A stretch of DNA of 63,763 bases, the filler included, from Bdellovibrionota bacterium (GTDB taxonomy: Bacteria; Bdellovibrionota; Bdellovibrionia; Bdellovibrionales; JAEYZS01): assembly GCA_963169515.1 (NCBI GenBank). It is 3 parts of 3 records of this genome, joined end to end, with 100 filler letters (N's around TTAATTAATTAA, not from the genome) between each part and the next. Parts side by side here need not be neighbours in the genome. Positions count along the whole stretch, not along the records: positions 1 to 26,225 come from CAUJEF010000093.1; positions 26,326 to 55,877 come from CAUJEF010000094.1; 1 more part is not named here. One strand, given 5' to 3'. The notes under the pieces were generated by a model. It ran no database searches, was not told where the DNA came from, and was given only the letters and a program-made list of their open reading frames with translations. Position numbers and translations under genes: made by a program. Positions 20,638-29,848 of this stretch are shown in pieces (the stretch's first letter is position 1; each line of letters opens with the position of its first letter).

Positions 20638-21471
20638 ATGATTTTACGAAGCTACGTGCTAGTGAATATTGATAATATTGGCCGCCGATTTCTGAAGGGT
20701 ATCGAATATACCTTCAATATTATTTTTATGGTCTATGTGGCGATTCGCGAGGGTTTTAAAGACAATGCACACAGTTTTCGTTCTATATTCAGTGTGGTGT
20801 CTGCACAAATTTATTTCACAGGTTTTCAAGCGCTTCCATTAGTAAGCCTCCTTGCGGTAGCATCGGGCGCGCTGGTAATTGTGCAGTCAACGTCACAGTT
20901 GTCTTTGCTGGGGGGCTCGAACATGATGGGTCCGCTTTTGATTGCGGTGATTATCCGCGAATTGGGTCCTTTGATGACTTCGCTTATTGTGGTTGCGCGA
21001 TCGGGCACCGCAGTGGCAACAGAACTTGGAAACATGAAGGTAAATCGCGAAACTGAAGCTCTTGAAAGCATGGGCATAAATCCAATGAGCTATGTTGTTT
21101 TTCCACGGCTAATTGGCGGGATTATAAGCGTCATTACATTGGCATTCTATTTTAATTTCATCGCACTTCTGGGTGGATTTGCAGTCACGCAGTTTTTTCA
21201 AGATGTTCCATTTCATCATTTTGTGAGTTCATTAGCACAAGCATTCACGATAGATGATTTTTGGGTTTTCTTGATTAAAAATACTTTTAGCGGTGCAATT
21301 ATTTTTACGATTTCTAGTTATCAAGGGCTTCAGGTGAGCAAAAGTCCGCATGAAGTACCGCAGGTGACTACACAGGCCGTCGTAGACAGTATTTTATATG
21401 TCATTGGTTTTAATATAATCGTAACACTCCTGTTTTATCTAAACAAACTTGTGCGTTTGGGAGTTTTTTAG
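20638..21471 (+). CDS. mlaE: MlaE family ABC permease
   Basis: RELGPLMTSLIVVARSGTAVATELGNMKV..E.EALESMGINP. Confidence 0.9.
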   Translation: MILRSYVLVNIDNIGRRFLKGIEYTFNIIFMVYVAIREGFKDNAHSFRSIFSVVSAQIYFTGFQALPLVSLLAVASGALVIVQSTSQLSLLGGSNMMGPLLIAVIIRELGPLMTSLIVVARSGTAVATELGNMKVNRETEALESMGINPMSYVVFPRLIGGIISVITLAFYFNFIALLGGFAVTQFFQDVPFHHFVSSLAQAFTIDDFWVFLIKNTFSGAIIFTISSYQGLQVSKSPHEVPQVTTQAVVDSILYVIGFNIIVTLLFYLNKLVRLGVF

Positions 21472-22190
21472 TGGCGACTCTAAAGCGGGTGGAAATTCAA
21501 AGCGTCGCCCTTGAAAATGCGAGCATAGGATATACGCTGGACGATTCTGTTGCGCAGAATGTGAATTTTGAACTGCCTTTGGGAAAAAACTATTGGCTAA
21601 AGGGTGAAAGTGGGGCTGGGAAATCGGCACTGCTAAAAATTTTTTCAAGTCTTTTAGTTCCTCCGGCAGGATATTTGAAGATTAATAATTCGGCTGTATC
21701 AGAAATGGCCTTTGAGGAATTTTTGCCATATAGACTTAACATTGGTTACGGTTTTGACTTTGGCGGTCTTTTAAATAATAAAACCTTGTTTGAAAATATG
21801 ATTTTGCCGCTTGAGTACCACCAAGAGATTAGTCGAAATGATGCCAAAGAGCGGGTGGAAAGTTATTTTGAATTCTTTGGGATTGCTTCATATAAAAATA
21901 TTCGCCCGGCGCTTGTGGGTGGAAGTTTTAGAAAATTAACGTGCATATTGCGTGCGTTTGTTCAGAAGCCAAAACTTATCTTGCTCGACGACATCACAAC
22001 TGGATTGTCAGAAGGACACTTGAAAAATTTGGTAAAATGGATTCATAGTTATAGGGATGAAAATCCTAAATGCACAATCATTATTACCGCGCAAGATAGT
22101 TTTTTAATGAACAAGATCAGTTGTGACGAATTGTGGATAACCCGAGGCAAAGGTGTTTTTGTAAGGACGAATTTAAAAGAGGCTGTGTAG
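21471..22190 (+). CDS. mlaF: MlaF-like ABC ATP-binding protein (degenerate motifs)
   Basis: Walker A variant GESGAGKS; Walker B ILLDD; position between mlaE and mlaD. Confidence 0.75.
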   Translation: MATLKRVEIQSVALENASIGYTLDDSVAQNVNFELPLGKNYWLKGESGAGKSALLKIFSSLLVPPAGYLKINNSAVSEMAFEEFLPYRLNIGYGFDFGGLLNNKTLFENMILPLEYHQEISRNDAKERVESYFEFFGIASYKNIRPALVGGSFRKLTCILRAFVQKPKLILLDDITTGLSEGHLKNLVKWIHSYRDENPKCTIIITAQDSFLMNKISCDELWITRGKGVFVRTNLKEAV

Positions 22191-23159
22191 ATGAAGATTA
22201 AATTTAATAAGTTCGAAAGAGTTGCAGGCTTATTTGTGCTTGTTGCTGTCATCGGCAGTATTGTTTCTTTGGCTTTTGTTGCAATTCAAAAGAAATGGTT
22301 TGAATCCAAAACATACTATAGCAGTACATTTGAAGTGGCAGACGGTTTATTTCCGGGAACCGAAGTGCAAATGTCGGGCTTGCGCATCGGTGCTGTTTCA
22401 AATGTTGAATTTCAAGAAGATGGACAGGTGACAGTTCACTTTTACGTTCTTGAAAGCTACAAGGAACGCGTAAAAACAGACAGCATGATCCGGACATATC
22501 GCCCATTTGTTCTGGGAGACAAGGTGTTGGACCTTTCAATGGGCTCGAAAAATGCCGCTGGTTTAGTAGCGGGCGCACGTATCCCAACCGAAAAGTCCAT
22601 GGATTTGATGGAGCTATTTAGTGGCAGAAAATTAGCACCTTATTTTGAAACCCTTACTTCTGTGATAGAAAATGTTCAAATTTTGGTTGAGGCCTTTACC
22701 AAAGGGGGAAGAACCCAAACCCTTATCAACATTTTTGATAAAATGGAGCCGTTGGTTGTGAATTTGGATAAAATGTCTCGAGAGTTTGTCTACTTGAGCA
22801 GCCAGATGAGCAAAGAGCAACGAATGAAATCGGTCATGTCAAATCTGGTAACGGTGACTGGAGAGATGAACACATTCCTTAAAAAAAGTCCTGAGACCAT
22901 GGCAGATGTATCTGAAATTCTTAAAAATTTGAATTCGATTACAAAGGATCTCAATACAATTCTCCCAGCCCTTACAGCGGTTGCTCCCGACCTCCCAAGA
23001 GCGAGCAAACAGGCTATAGAGGCTATGAACGAGGCTCTGATTGTTTTAAAAGCGATGCAAAAATCGTTTTTGTTGAGCGGCGCCGTCAAAGATGTACGTG
23101 AAGAGGAAAGGCAAAAAGAACAAAGTCGAATGCCTGCGTCAGATGGGCCGGAAAAATAA
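22191..23159 (+). CDS. mlaD: MlaD/MCE family protein with long helical C-terminus
   Basis: TM anchor; ADGLFPGTEVQMSGLRIGAV; LGDKVLDL. Confidence 0.88.
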   Translation: MKIKFNKFERVAGLFVLVAVIGSIVSLAFVAIQKKWFESKTYYSSTFEVADGLFPGTEVQMSGLRIGAVSNVEFQEDGQVTVHFYVLESYKERVKTDSMIRTYRPFVLGDKVLDLSMGSKNAAGLVAGARIPTEKSMDLMELFSGRKLAPYFETLTSVIENVQILVEAFTKGGRTQTLINIFDKMEPLVVNLDKMSREFVYLSSQMSKEQRMKSVMSNLVTVTGEMNTFLKKSPETMADVSEILKNLNSITKDLNTILPALTAVAPDLPRASKQAIEAMNEALIVLKAMQKSFLLSGAVKDVREEERQKEQSRMPASDGPEK

Positions 23160-23638
23160 TGGAGGCGCGTCAGTCTTCACTTTATTTTTTTGATCCTAAA
23201 AAGGTGGGTGAGGATCTTTCAGAAGTTGCGCTTGAGCTGATCAGCGTTGAAGACCAAGAGATTCAGAGCCGTTGGTTTCACGGACAGTCTGATACGGATC
23301 TTTTTATTTGGTCTGATTTAAATGGCCGAGTTATTAAGCAACAAATCTCATTCTACGGCCAAGTTGTTGAGTGGAATTTCGTGGATGGGGTTCGCACGGG
23401 CTATATCGTAGAGGACGAAGTCGAATCACAGGCCATCAACGCCAGTGAGACCGTGCATTTTGACAAAGAGCCACAGGCAACAACGGTTGAAATGGCTGTC
23501 CAAATCATCGAGCATGTTTATATGGATGAAGTCCTAAAACAGAGTTTGCTGGCTAATTTCCAAGAAACAGCGAAAACAACAAAGAAGTCTTTTAAAAAAT
23601 CAAAATTTGCATCTTTGCTGAATCGCTTGAAAAAGTAA
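23159..23638 (+). CDS. Hypothetical protein translationally coupled to mlaD
   Basis: 159-aa ORF whose start overlaps the mlaD stop (TAATG). Confidence 0.65.
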   Translation: MEARQSSLYFFDPKKVGEDLSEVALELISVEDQEIQSRWFHGQSDTDLFIWSDLNGRVIKQQISFYGQVVEWNFVDGVRTGYIVEDEVESQAINASETVHFDKEPQATTVEMAVQIIEHVYMDEVLKQSLLANFQETAKTTKKSFKKSKFASLLNRLKK

Positions 23639-23660
23639 AAGTAACAGCGTACCGTTTGGT

Positions 23661-24923
23661 ATGGCGTGGTTTTTCTTTCGAAGGTACCTTTTTTCAAAAT
23701 ATTCGGGGTCATTGACGCGGGTTATTTCACGTTTGTGCGTGATCGGAATCGCTGTAGCAGTTTTTGCCATGGTTGTTATCTTAAGTGTTATGGGCGGGTT
23801 TGGTGACCATATCGAAAAGCGTCTGCTTGCTTACGAGCCACATCTGACCATTAAGAGTAAAAAAGAAAAAACTTATGATCAGCTGTATGAGCTTAAAAAA
23901 CTCATTTCTGATTTTAAGTCGGACGAGATAGATATGTTTTTAATGGATCGGCAGGAGGCAATTGTAAGAACTGTCGATAGTTTTTATAGCGGGGCTCGGG
24001 TCGAAGGTTTGGAGCGCGGCTCTTATGTACGTTTAATGAAACAGATCAAGGCTGAGGCTATGAAAAAACCGACGGCAGTATTTACTTGGCGAGGATTGAA
24101 GGATTCCTCTATTGACCCGCTTGAGGTTGACCAATTGGCAAAAGATGAGGTTGTGATTGGAGCGGACCTGGCGCACGCCCTGGGGGCCTTTGTTGGGGAT
24201 CGTTTGGTTATGACCACTCCGGAGTCGTTATTATTACCGCCAGGGGAAATCCCTGAATTTAAGACCGTTAAGATTAAAGATATTGTTAGAACCAATTTGC
24301 CGGAGCTGGATAATCAACTGATCATTTATAGCAAAGAACAAAATGAAAAATTATTTCGTGAGGCTTTAAGTTTACAATCGTATATTGAAGTTTATGTGAA
24401 CGATATCACTCAAATTGATAGTTTTAAAACTCAATTTCAAGATATGGGTTTCGTGGCCGAGACCTGGAAAGATCGGAATTCGACATTGTTTTATTCTCTA
24501 AAGATGGAAAAGCTTTTGATTGGTTTATTTTTGGGGTTGGCTCTTTTTATTGGAAGCTTTTCTATTTTGACTGTACTGCTTTTGCTTGCGACCCAAAAGC
24601 AACAGGACATTGGAATTTTAAAAACGCTGGGAATGAATCAGCGGGTGATTCAGTCAATTTTTACTCGTGTTGGAATTTATTTGTCTAGCTCTGGAATTCT
24701 ATTCGGATTTATTTTGGGAATTTTATTTTGTATTTTTATCGACCGATTCCCATTGGTCGAGTTACCGGATATCTACTATGACCGTACGATTCCAGTACGG
24801 TTTGAATACGGTATTTATATGCTAATTCTAGGGGTAGCTTTTTTTGTGACCTTATGGAGCTCATGGGTCCCGGCACTATGGGGATCTAAAACAATTCCCA
24901 CAGACGCCCTTCGAAAACGCTAG
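23661..24923 (+). CDS. LolC/LolE-family (MacB/FtsX) lipoprotein-release ABC permease
   Basis: RRYLFS, VILSVMGGF, DIGILKTLG, IYY...P, PA....IP.DALR. Confidence 0.85.
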   Translation: MAWFFFRRYLFSKYSGSLTRVISRLCVIGIAVAVFAMVVILSVMGGFGDHIEKRLLAYEPHLTIKSKKEKTYDQLYELKKLISDFKSDEIDMFLMDRQEAIVRTVDSFYSGARVEGLERGSYVRLMKQIKAEAMKKPTAVFTWRGLKDSSIDPLEVDQLAKDEVVIGADLAHALGAFVGDRLVMTTPESLLLPPGEIPEFKTVKIKDIVRTNLPELDNQLIIYSKEQNEKLFREALSLQSYIEVYVNDITQIDSFKTQFQDMGFVAETWKDRNSTLFYSLKMEKLLIGLFLGLALFIGSFSILTVLLLLATQKQQDIGILKTLGMNQRVIQSIFTRVGIYLSSSGILFGFILGILFCIFIDRFPLVELPDIYYDRTIPVRFEYGIYMLILGVAFFVTLWSSWVPALWGSKTIPTDALRKR

Positions 24924-24999
24924 GTACCCACTCACTTTTGGCGTAGCGGCGCGTCTATTTGGACGCGCCGTTACGCCAAAAGTGAGTGGGTACCTAGCG
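24918..24999. repeat. Long near-perfect palindrome (38-bp arms, 6-nt loop) between convergent genes
   Basis: CGCTAGGTACCCACTCACTTTTGGCGTAGCGGCGCGTC-tatttg-GACGCGCCGTTACGCCAAAAGTGAGTGGGTACCTAGCG, with one G-T mismatch. Confidence 0.95.
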
Positions 25000-26225
25000 A
25001 ATCGGCATATGCCTAATGCTGAAAGTATCCTTGCTATCTTGGCAGATAATTGAAAATGCACTTTCGCCTTGTTGTCCCCATGGGACAGGGTTCTTAGATA
25101 TACAGTTGGGCGGGATCTGAATGTTCAGATCCAAAGGTACGATTAATTGGTCGTTTTGTGGGATCAGGACATAGGCGTGTTGGGCATTGATGCTCGTGGC
25201 ATCTACATAGATCGCTGGAATTTTTTGATTTCCAGTGCCTGCCGTTAGGGCCTCGATGTTTTCACCAAAAGAATAGGTTGGAAGGGATGAGGACTTTGTA
25301 ATTGGTCGTTCTACCTGTTTTTCAACTGAGCCACTTTGATATTTCATAATAAGGTTTTCAAAGGTCATTACAAACGTGTATGTTGCATTTCCTTTTTCAT
25401 ATCCACGAATAAAGTATCGGCCTGGGAATTTATGTTTTTCATTGATCGGGCTCAGATTTACAGACTGGGACATAAATGCGCGGTCTGCATTGTCTATGTA
25501 GGCCACGCGTGAGCTTGTGAAGCTATACAGGGTATCCAGGGTCAAACTTCCTTGGGTTGGTATCACGCCGTCCAAGTTAATCGCCGTTTTGGCAACGTGG
25601 CCGACGAGATTTGTTCCACCCACATCCATCGGGGAAATGGTGTACTCACGCTTATAGAAGCTATTTCGATCCATTGAAAGTTTTGAGTAGTACAATTCAT
25701 CATTTTTTGACCATGCGATACCCAGTTCAATTTTTCCATTGATCACATCTTGTGGGGTTTGCGGGAAGATAAATGCAAAATCTAAATAATCACGATCGCG
25801 TAATCCCAGTTCGACGCGGACTTTTTTAATGGTTTTATAGCTGATCCATGTACGGTTTATAAACTCGGCGCCATCGGGGGTCAGCTTTGGCTCATAATAA
25901 TAAAGGCGGCGCCGTAGGGAGATTACTCGCTCAAATGGATCAGGGTTTTGATCGATTTCGGGAATGTATCCCTCTGCCATAAATACAGGTGCAGCGATTG
26001 CGCCCAAGCCTGGGACCGTGTACGGCATAAATCGTAGGGATTCGTAAGAATCATCTCGGTCATTCAGGTCCAATTTAAATTTCAACCAGGCGGTGACGGG
26101 TTTAGAAAGTTTGAACACGGAATTCTGAGTGTTGCCAAAAAGCGGCTGCAAGTTGTCATTCAGATATGCGTAATAAAGAACATTATCAAAGGTTTTATAG
26201 TGCAAAAGATAATCTGGTCGACCGT
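24994..26225 (-). CDS. Hypothetical beta-rich protein, 5'-truncated at contig edge
   Basis: Open frame runs to the spacer; no recognisable motif. Confidence 0.65.
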
Positions 26226-26325
26226 NNNNNNNNNNNNNNNNNNNNNNNNNNNNNNNNNNNNNNNNNNNNTTAATTAATTAANNNNNNNNNNNNNNNNNNN
26301 NNNNNNNNNNNNNNNNNNNNNNNNN
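26226..26325. other. Artificial contig-joining spacer
   Basis: 44 N + TTAATTAATTAA (stops in all six frames) + 44 N. Confidence 0.97.
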
Positions 26326-26326
26326 T

Positions 26327-27484
26327 GGATTCAAGGGAAAAATTTATTGTACAGTTGGAACCCGGGAGCTAACTCGAATTATTTTATTGGATTCAGCACA
26401 TCTTCAGGAAGAAGATGCATTGTATGCAAACCGCTCTGGGTATTCGCACCATAGGCCCGCGCTTCCTCTGTATACAATTAAGGATGCAGAGAATAGCTTC
26501 CCACACTTTCAAGCTGTGGATCGGGACAAGTGGATCAATCTTGATTCGCAAATTCAATTCCGATTTTTACGATCGGGACATTTATTGGGTTCAAGTTTCA
26601 TACAACTTGCTTGCAACAATGACAATAGTCCGCTCATCATTACATTTTCTGGAGACTTGGGAAATGGCCGCTCGTATATTGTTAAACCGCCTGTTAAGTT
26701 GTCTCATACTGACGTTCTTGTTCTTGAATCAACATATGGAAATCGGGAATACAATCATACGGATCCATTATCGGAACTGGAGAGTATCGTTAACCGTGTC
26801 ATTGGACGCAATGGAACATTGCTAATTCCGGCGTTCAGCGTCGGGCGAGCCCAAGAGGTGCTCTATCTTTTACATCATCTAAAGAAAAATAATAAAATAC
26901 CATCTGTTCCTGTTTTTCTTGATAGCCCTATGGCTAATCATGTGACTGACATTTATGCTCAATATACTGAAGATCTCCAGTTTGTTTTGGATAAGGATCA
27001 GTTAGTATCCCCAATCTGTCTATCTGGCTTTACTCCAGTCAAAAGCGTCGAGGACTCAAAAGTTTTAAATTATAATAAAAAATCAAAAATAATAATTTCT
27101 GCTTCAGGTATGTTGACAGGTGGGCGTGTAATGCACCACCTCAAGACGATACTTCCTGACTCGCAAAATGGTATTTTATTTGTCGGTTTTCAGGCAAGTG
27201 AAACAAAAGGGCGCGTTTTGCTTAACGGTGTAGAAACCTTGCGTGTTCACCATCAAGAGATCCCAGTCCGATGCGAAGTTGTAATGATTGACTCTCTTTC
27301 TGCGCATGCATGGGCATCAGACACCATGAAATGGATTGAAGGTCTGAGGGGAAGCCAGACTAAGATTTTCCTAAACCATGGCGAATCAGATGCGCGCCAA
27401 ATTTTAGCAGAACGTATTCGACAGGAACTAGGTTTGCAGGTTGTAGTTCCTGAGAGTGGTGATGAATTTAAATTTTTTGACTAA
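26327..27484 (+). CDS. Beta-CASP metallo-beta-lactamase RNA-metabolising nuclease (5'-truncated)
   Basis: Frame open from the contig edge (GFKGKIYCT); SGHLLGS, FSGDLG, ESTYG, IPAFSVGRAQE, SASGMLTGGR, LSAHA, NHGE. Confidence 0.9.
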   Translation, partial: GFKGKIYCTVGTRELTRIILLDSAHLQEEDALYANRSGYSHHRPALPLYTIKDAENSFPHFQAVDRDKWINLDSQIQFRFLRSGHLLGSSFIQLACNNDNSPLIITFSGDLGNGRSYIVKPPVKLSHTDVLVLESTYGNREYNHTDPLSELESIVNRVIGRNGTLLIPAFSVGRAQEVLYLLHHLKKNNKIPSVPVFLDSPMANHVTDIYAQYTEDLQFVLDKDQLVSPICLSGFTPVKSVEDSKVLNYNKKSKIIISASGMLTGGRVMHHLKTILPDSQNGILFVGFQASETKGRVLLNGVETLRVHHQEIPVRCEVVMIDSLSAHAWASDTMKWIEGLRGSQTKIFLNHGESDARQILAERIRQELGLQVVVPESGDEFKFFD

Positions 27485-27501
27485 CCATAGCGGAGGACAT
27501 T

Positions 27502-28632
27502 ATGCGATCACTCATTTACATTTTTAGCTTCTTGCTAATTTTACAATGGGCCTATGCTAAGAATTTTGAAAAAGATACTGCCAGGATAAAACGTCTAATG
27601 CACACATTCGATGAACAGATCTCAAAAATAAGACCGTTTATCGTTTCGGATGAAAAATTCATAAGCGCTGAGGGCGGGAGAGCTGTTGGACAATCGATAA
27701 AAATTTTAAATGCCGAGACAAAAAAATGGTCATCCGAAGAGTTAGAGGCCGTTCCTGGATTTAGGGTTACCTTTAGATTGTTAAGGGATCATTTTGAAAA
27801 AACCAATGCTCTCTATAAAAATGGTGAATATGAATATGCGCGACTGATGCTTAATTCAGTTCCCAATTACTGCGTAACATGTCATACACAGCTACCGGAA
27901 AAAAGCAAAACCTATGAATTTATTGATGGCTCTGGGAAAAAAGCACGCACCCTTGATGATAGCGAGTTTTTATTTATTACGCGCAGATTTGACCGTGCCT
28001 TAGAGGGCTATGACGAGCTTATAAAAAACTTTCCGAAGGGCTCTTTGAGGGCAGAGCATTTGCCACTGGTATATCGCAGAAAACTAGCCATCTTTGCTCG
28101 TGTAAAGCGAGATCCGGATTTGGCCATCCGGTCACTGCGCAACGATTTGCAAAATAAAGAACTTCCTGTTGACACTAAGAATAATATTGAAGCTTGGGTT
28201 AGTTATTTCGAAGCTTGGAAAGCTTCCAAAGATGATCCGGAAAAAATGAGCGATTCAAAACTATTGGAGTATGCAGAAAAAAATATGCTTGACTCTGATG
28301 GGCGTAAGATTGCCCCCGCCGATCCGAGAGCTGTGACCTATTTAAGAATATCCGGTTTGTTATATGAAAGAATTGCCAAAAGGAAAGACGACACCTTGGC
28401 CCCGAATATGCTTTATTATCTTGGAATCAGCGAAAAGAATATAGGATCATTATACTGGTATTCGCTGGGCGATATTTATTTCACTGAGTGCATAACGAAA
28501 TATCCTCATAGGACGATTACTAAAAAATGTTACAAAGCATACGAAAGCAGTGTCTTGGCGCGATACAAAACCGAAGGTGCTATACCCGCTGAAACAAAAG
28601 ATAGCTTAAAGTCTTATCGTAAGTACTTGTAA
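27502..28632 (+). CDS. Exported monoheme c-type cytochrome with TPR-like helical repeats (paralog A)
   Basis: Signal peptide, a single CVTCH at the end of a helical N-domain, helical repeats; GGAGG RBS. Confidence 0.7.
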   Translation: MRSLIYIFSFLLILQWAYAKNFEKDTARIKRLMHTFDEQISKIRPFIVSDEKFISAEGGRAVGQSIKILNAETKKWSSEELEAVPGFRVTFRLLRDHFEKTNALYKNGEYEYARLMLNSVPNYCVTCHTQLPEKSKTYEFIDGSGKKARTLDDSEFLFITRRFDRALEGYDELIKNFPKGSLRAEHLPLVYRRKLAIFARVKRDPDLAIRSLRNDLQNKELPVDTKNNIEAWVSYFEAWKASKDDPEKMSDSKLLEYAEKNMLDSDGRKIAPADPRAVTYLRISGLLYERIAKRKDDTLAPNMLYYLGISEKNIGSLYWYSLGDIYFTECITKYPHRTITKKCYKAYESSVLARYKTEGAIPAETKDSLKSYRKYL

Positions 28633-28708
28633 GTGAGACAATCTTTCTCGCACAAGTGACAGGTCGTCTTGTGATTGCCTCTGAGCTCACTTTTATCGAG
28701 TTTTGTTT

Positions 28709-28724
28709 TGGCATTAAAGTTGCT
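28709..28724 (+). promoter_or_regulatory. Sigma54 -24/-12 promoter of CBS gene 28757
   Basis: TGGCATTAAAGTTGCT (GG-N10-GC). Confidence 0.7.
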
Positions 28725-28756
28725 CTATAGATTGGAGCTGTTGAAAAGGAGTAATT

Positions 28757-29230
28757 ATGAGTAATCGCAAAAATGTAGCTGTAAAAAATATATTGAGTGA
28801 AAGAATTATCGCTGTTCAGACGTCTACGCCAGTATCAGTCGCCTTACAAATGATGAGAGATCGCCAGTTTCGACATCTCCCTGTTATGAACCAGGATGAA
28901 TCAATAGTTGGTGTGGTTTCATACCGAGATTTAACAAACATCGGTCGTGGAGAACGCTATCCAATTGAACTATTTATGTCGAGTCCAGTTGAATCGATTA
29001 ATCAAAATGAGAGTTTACGGGTAGCTATTTTAAAAATGTTAGAAAAGAAAATTTCATGCCTTTTGGTGACTGGGGATATGGACAAAGTCGTTGGTATTGT
29101 GACAACGGATGATATTCTGTTTTACTTGGCGGAGATTTTGAAAGATGAGACGCAAGCACCGCTTTCAAAATTAATGAATTTGCCAATTATTGGCGAGATA
29201 GCAAATAAGCTGGCTGCGCTGGGTATTTAA
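28757..29230 (+). CDS. CBS domain pair protein
   Basis: FRHLPV..IVGVVS.RD and ISCLLV...VGIVTTDD. Confidence 0.9.
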   Translation: MSNRKNVAVKNILSERIIAVQTSTPVSVALQMMRDRQFRHLPVMNQDESIVGVVSYRDLTNIGRGERYPIELFMSSPVESINQNESLRVAILKMLEKKISCLLVTGDMDKVVGIVTTDDILFYLAEILKDETQAPLSKLMNLPIIGEIANKLAALGI

Positions 29231-29629
29231 TTATGCACTCAAAATTGCATCAGACAGTGCTCGATATGCGTCGCTCTCAGTAAATATTCCAACCAAGACA
29301 TTATCAGCTATTACAAGAACACATGTAGGCTCCTTCCATGATACACGGGCAGTGATTTCGGACAAAAATGTGTCGGGTGTTGTTGTATGCGTAACTGGAA
29401 CTAAAATATCTTCAACTTTTAAAGAGGTTAAATCGTGAGGTTTTAATTTTGTAGCTAAACCTATGTCATGATCAGTGAGTACGCCAATCGGTTTTCCCGC
29501 ACGTAAAACGGGAAGGTGCCGTATGCGTAATTTTCGCATATAATTTAGCGCTTCTGAAACAGATTGATCATGGGCGATAGCTTGAGGAGCATAAGTCATG
29601 TATTCTCGAACAGTTGGATTTCTTCCCAT
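29231..29629 (-). CDS. CBS domain pair protein
   Basis: ATG 29629 with AGGAG RBS; IRHLPVL..IGVLTDHD, LVGIFTESD. Confidence 0.9.
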   Translation of the reverse strand: MGRNPTVREYMTYAPQAIAHDQSVSEALNYMRKLRIRHLPVLRAGKPIGVLTDHDIGLATKLKPHDLTSLKVEDILVPVTHTTTPDTFLSEITARVSWKEPTCVLVIADNVLVGIFTESDAYRALSDAILSA

Positions 29630-29654
29630 TTGGAACTCCTGCACTTACTGCTGA

Positions 29655-29670
29655 TCCAAAAGCCTTGCCA
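29655..29670 (-). promoter_or_regulatory. Variant sigma54-like promoter of CBS gene 29629
   Basis: TGGCAAGGCTTTTGGA (GG-N10-GG; non-canonical -12). Confidence 0.4.
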
Positions 29671-29848
29671 GCGCTATATCGAAAGAATTTGACAAAGAAC
29701 CATATCGAGCCGACAATTTGGCACGAAGTCCATATTATATGGTGACAATTTGTCATATGCTCTTCAACTAAGTGGCCTTTATTCCTCATAAATGCGGCAT
29801 AGGCCTTGATACTGTGGCTAGCGTAAAGGTTTGCAACGGGTACCGAAT

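Noticed and set aside
26226..26325. TTAATTAATTAA palindrome flanked by N runs (repeated at 55878-55977)
   Set aside because: Identical 100-nt construct with stops in all six frames. It is an artificial contig linker, so adjacency across it was not used as evidence.
29719..29734. TGGCACG as a sigma54 -24 box for the regulator gene
   Set aside because: There is no GC at the -12 position (reads AT). It is better explained as part of the TGNCA-N3-TGNCA motif.
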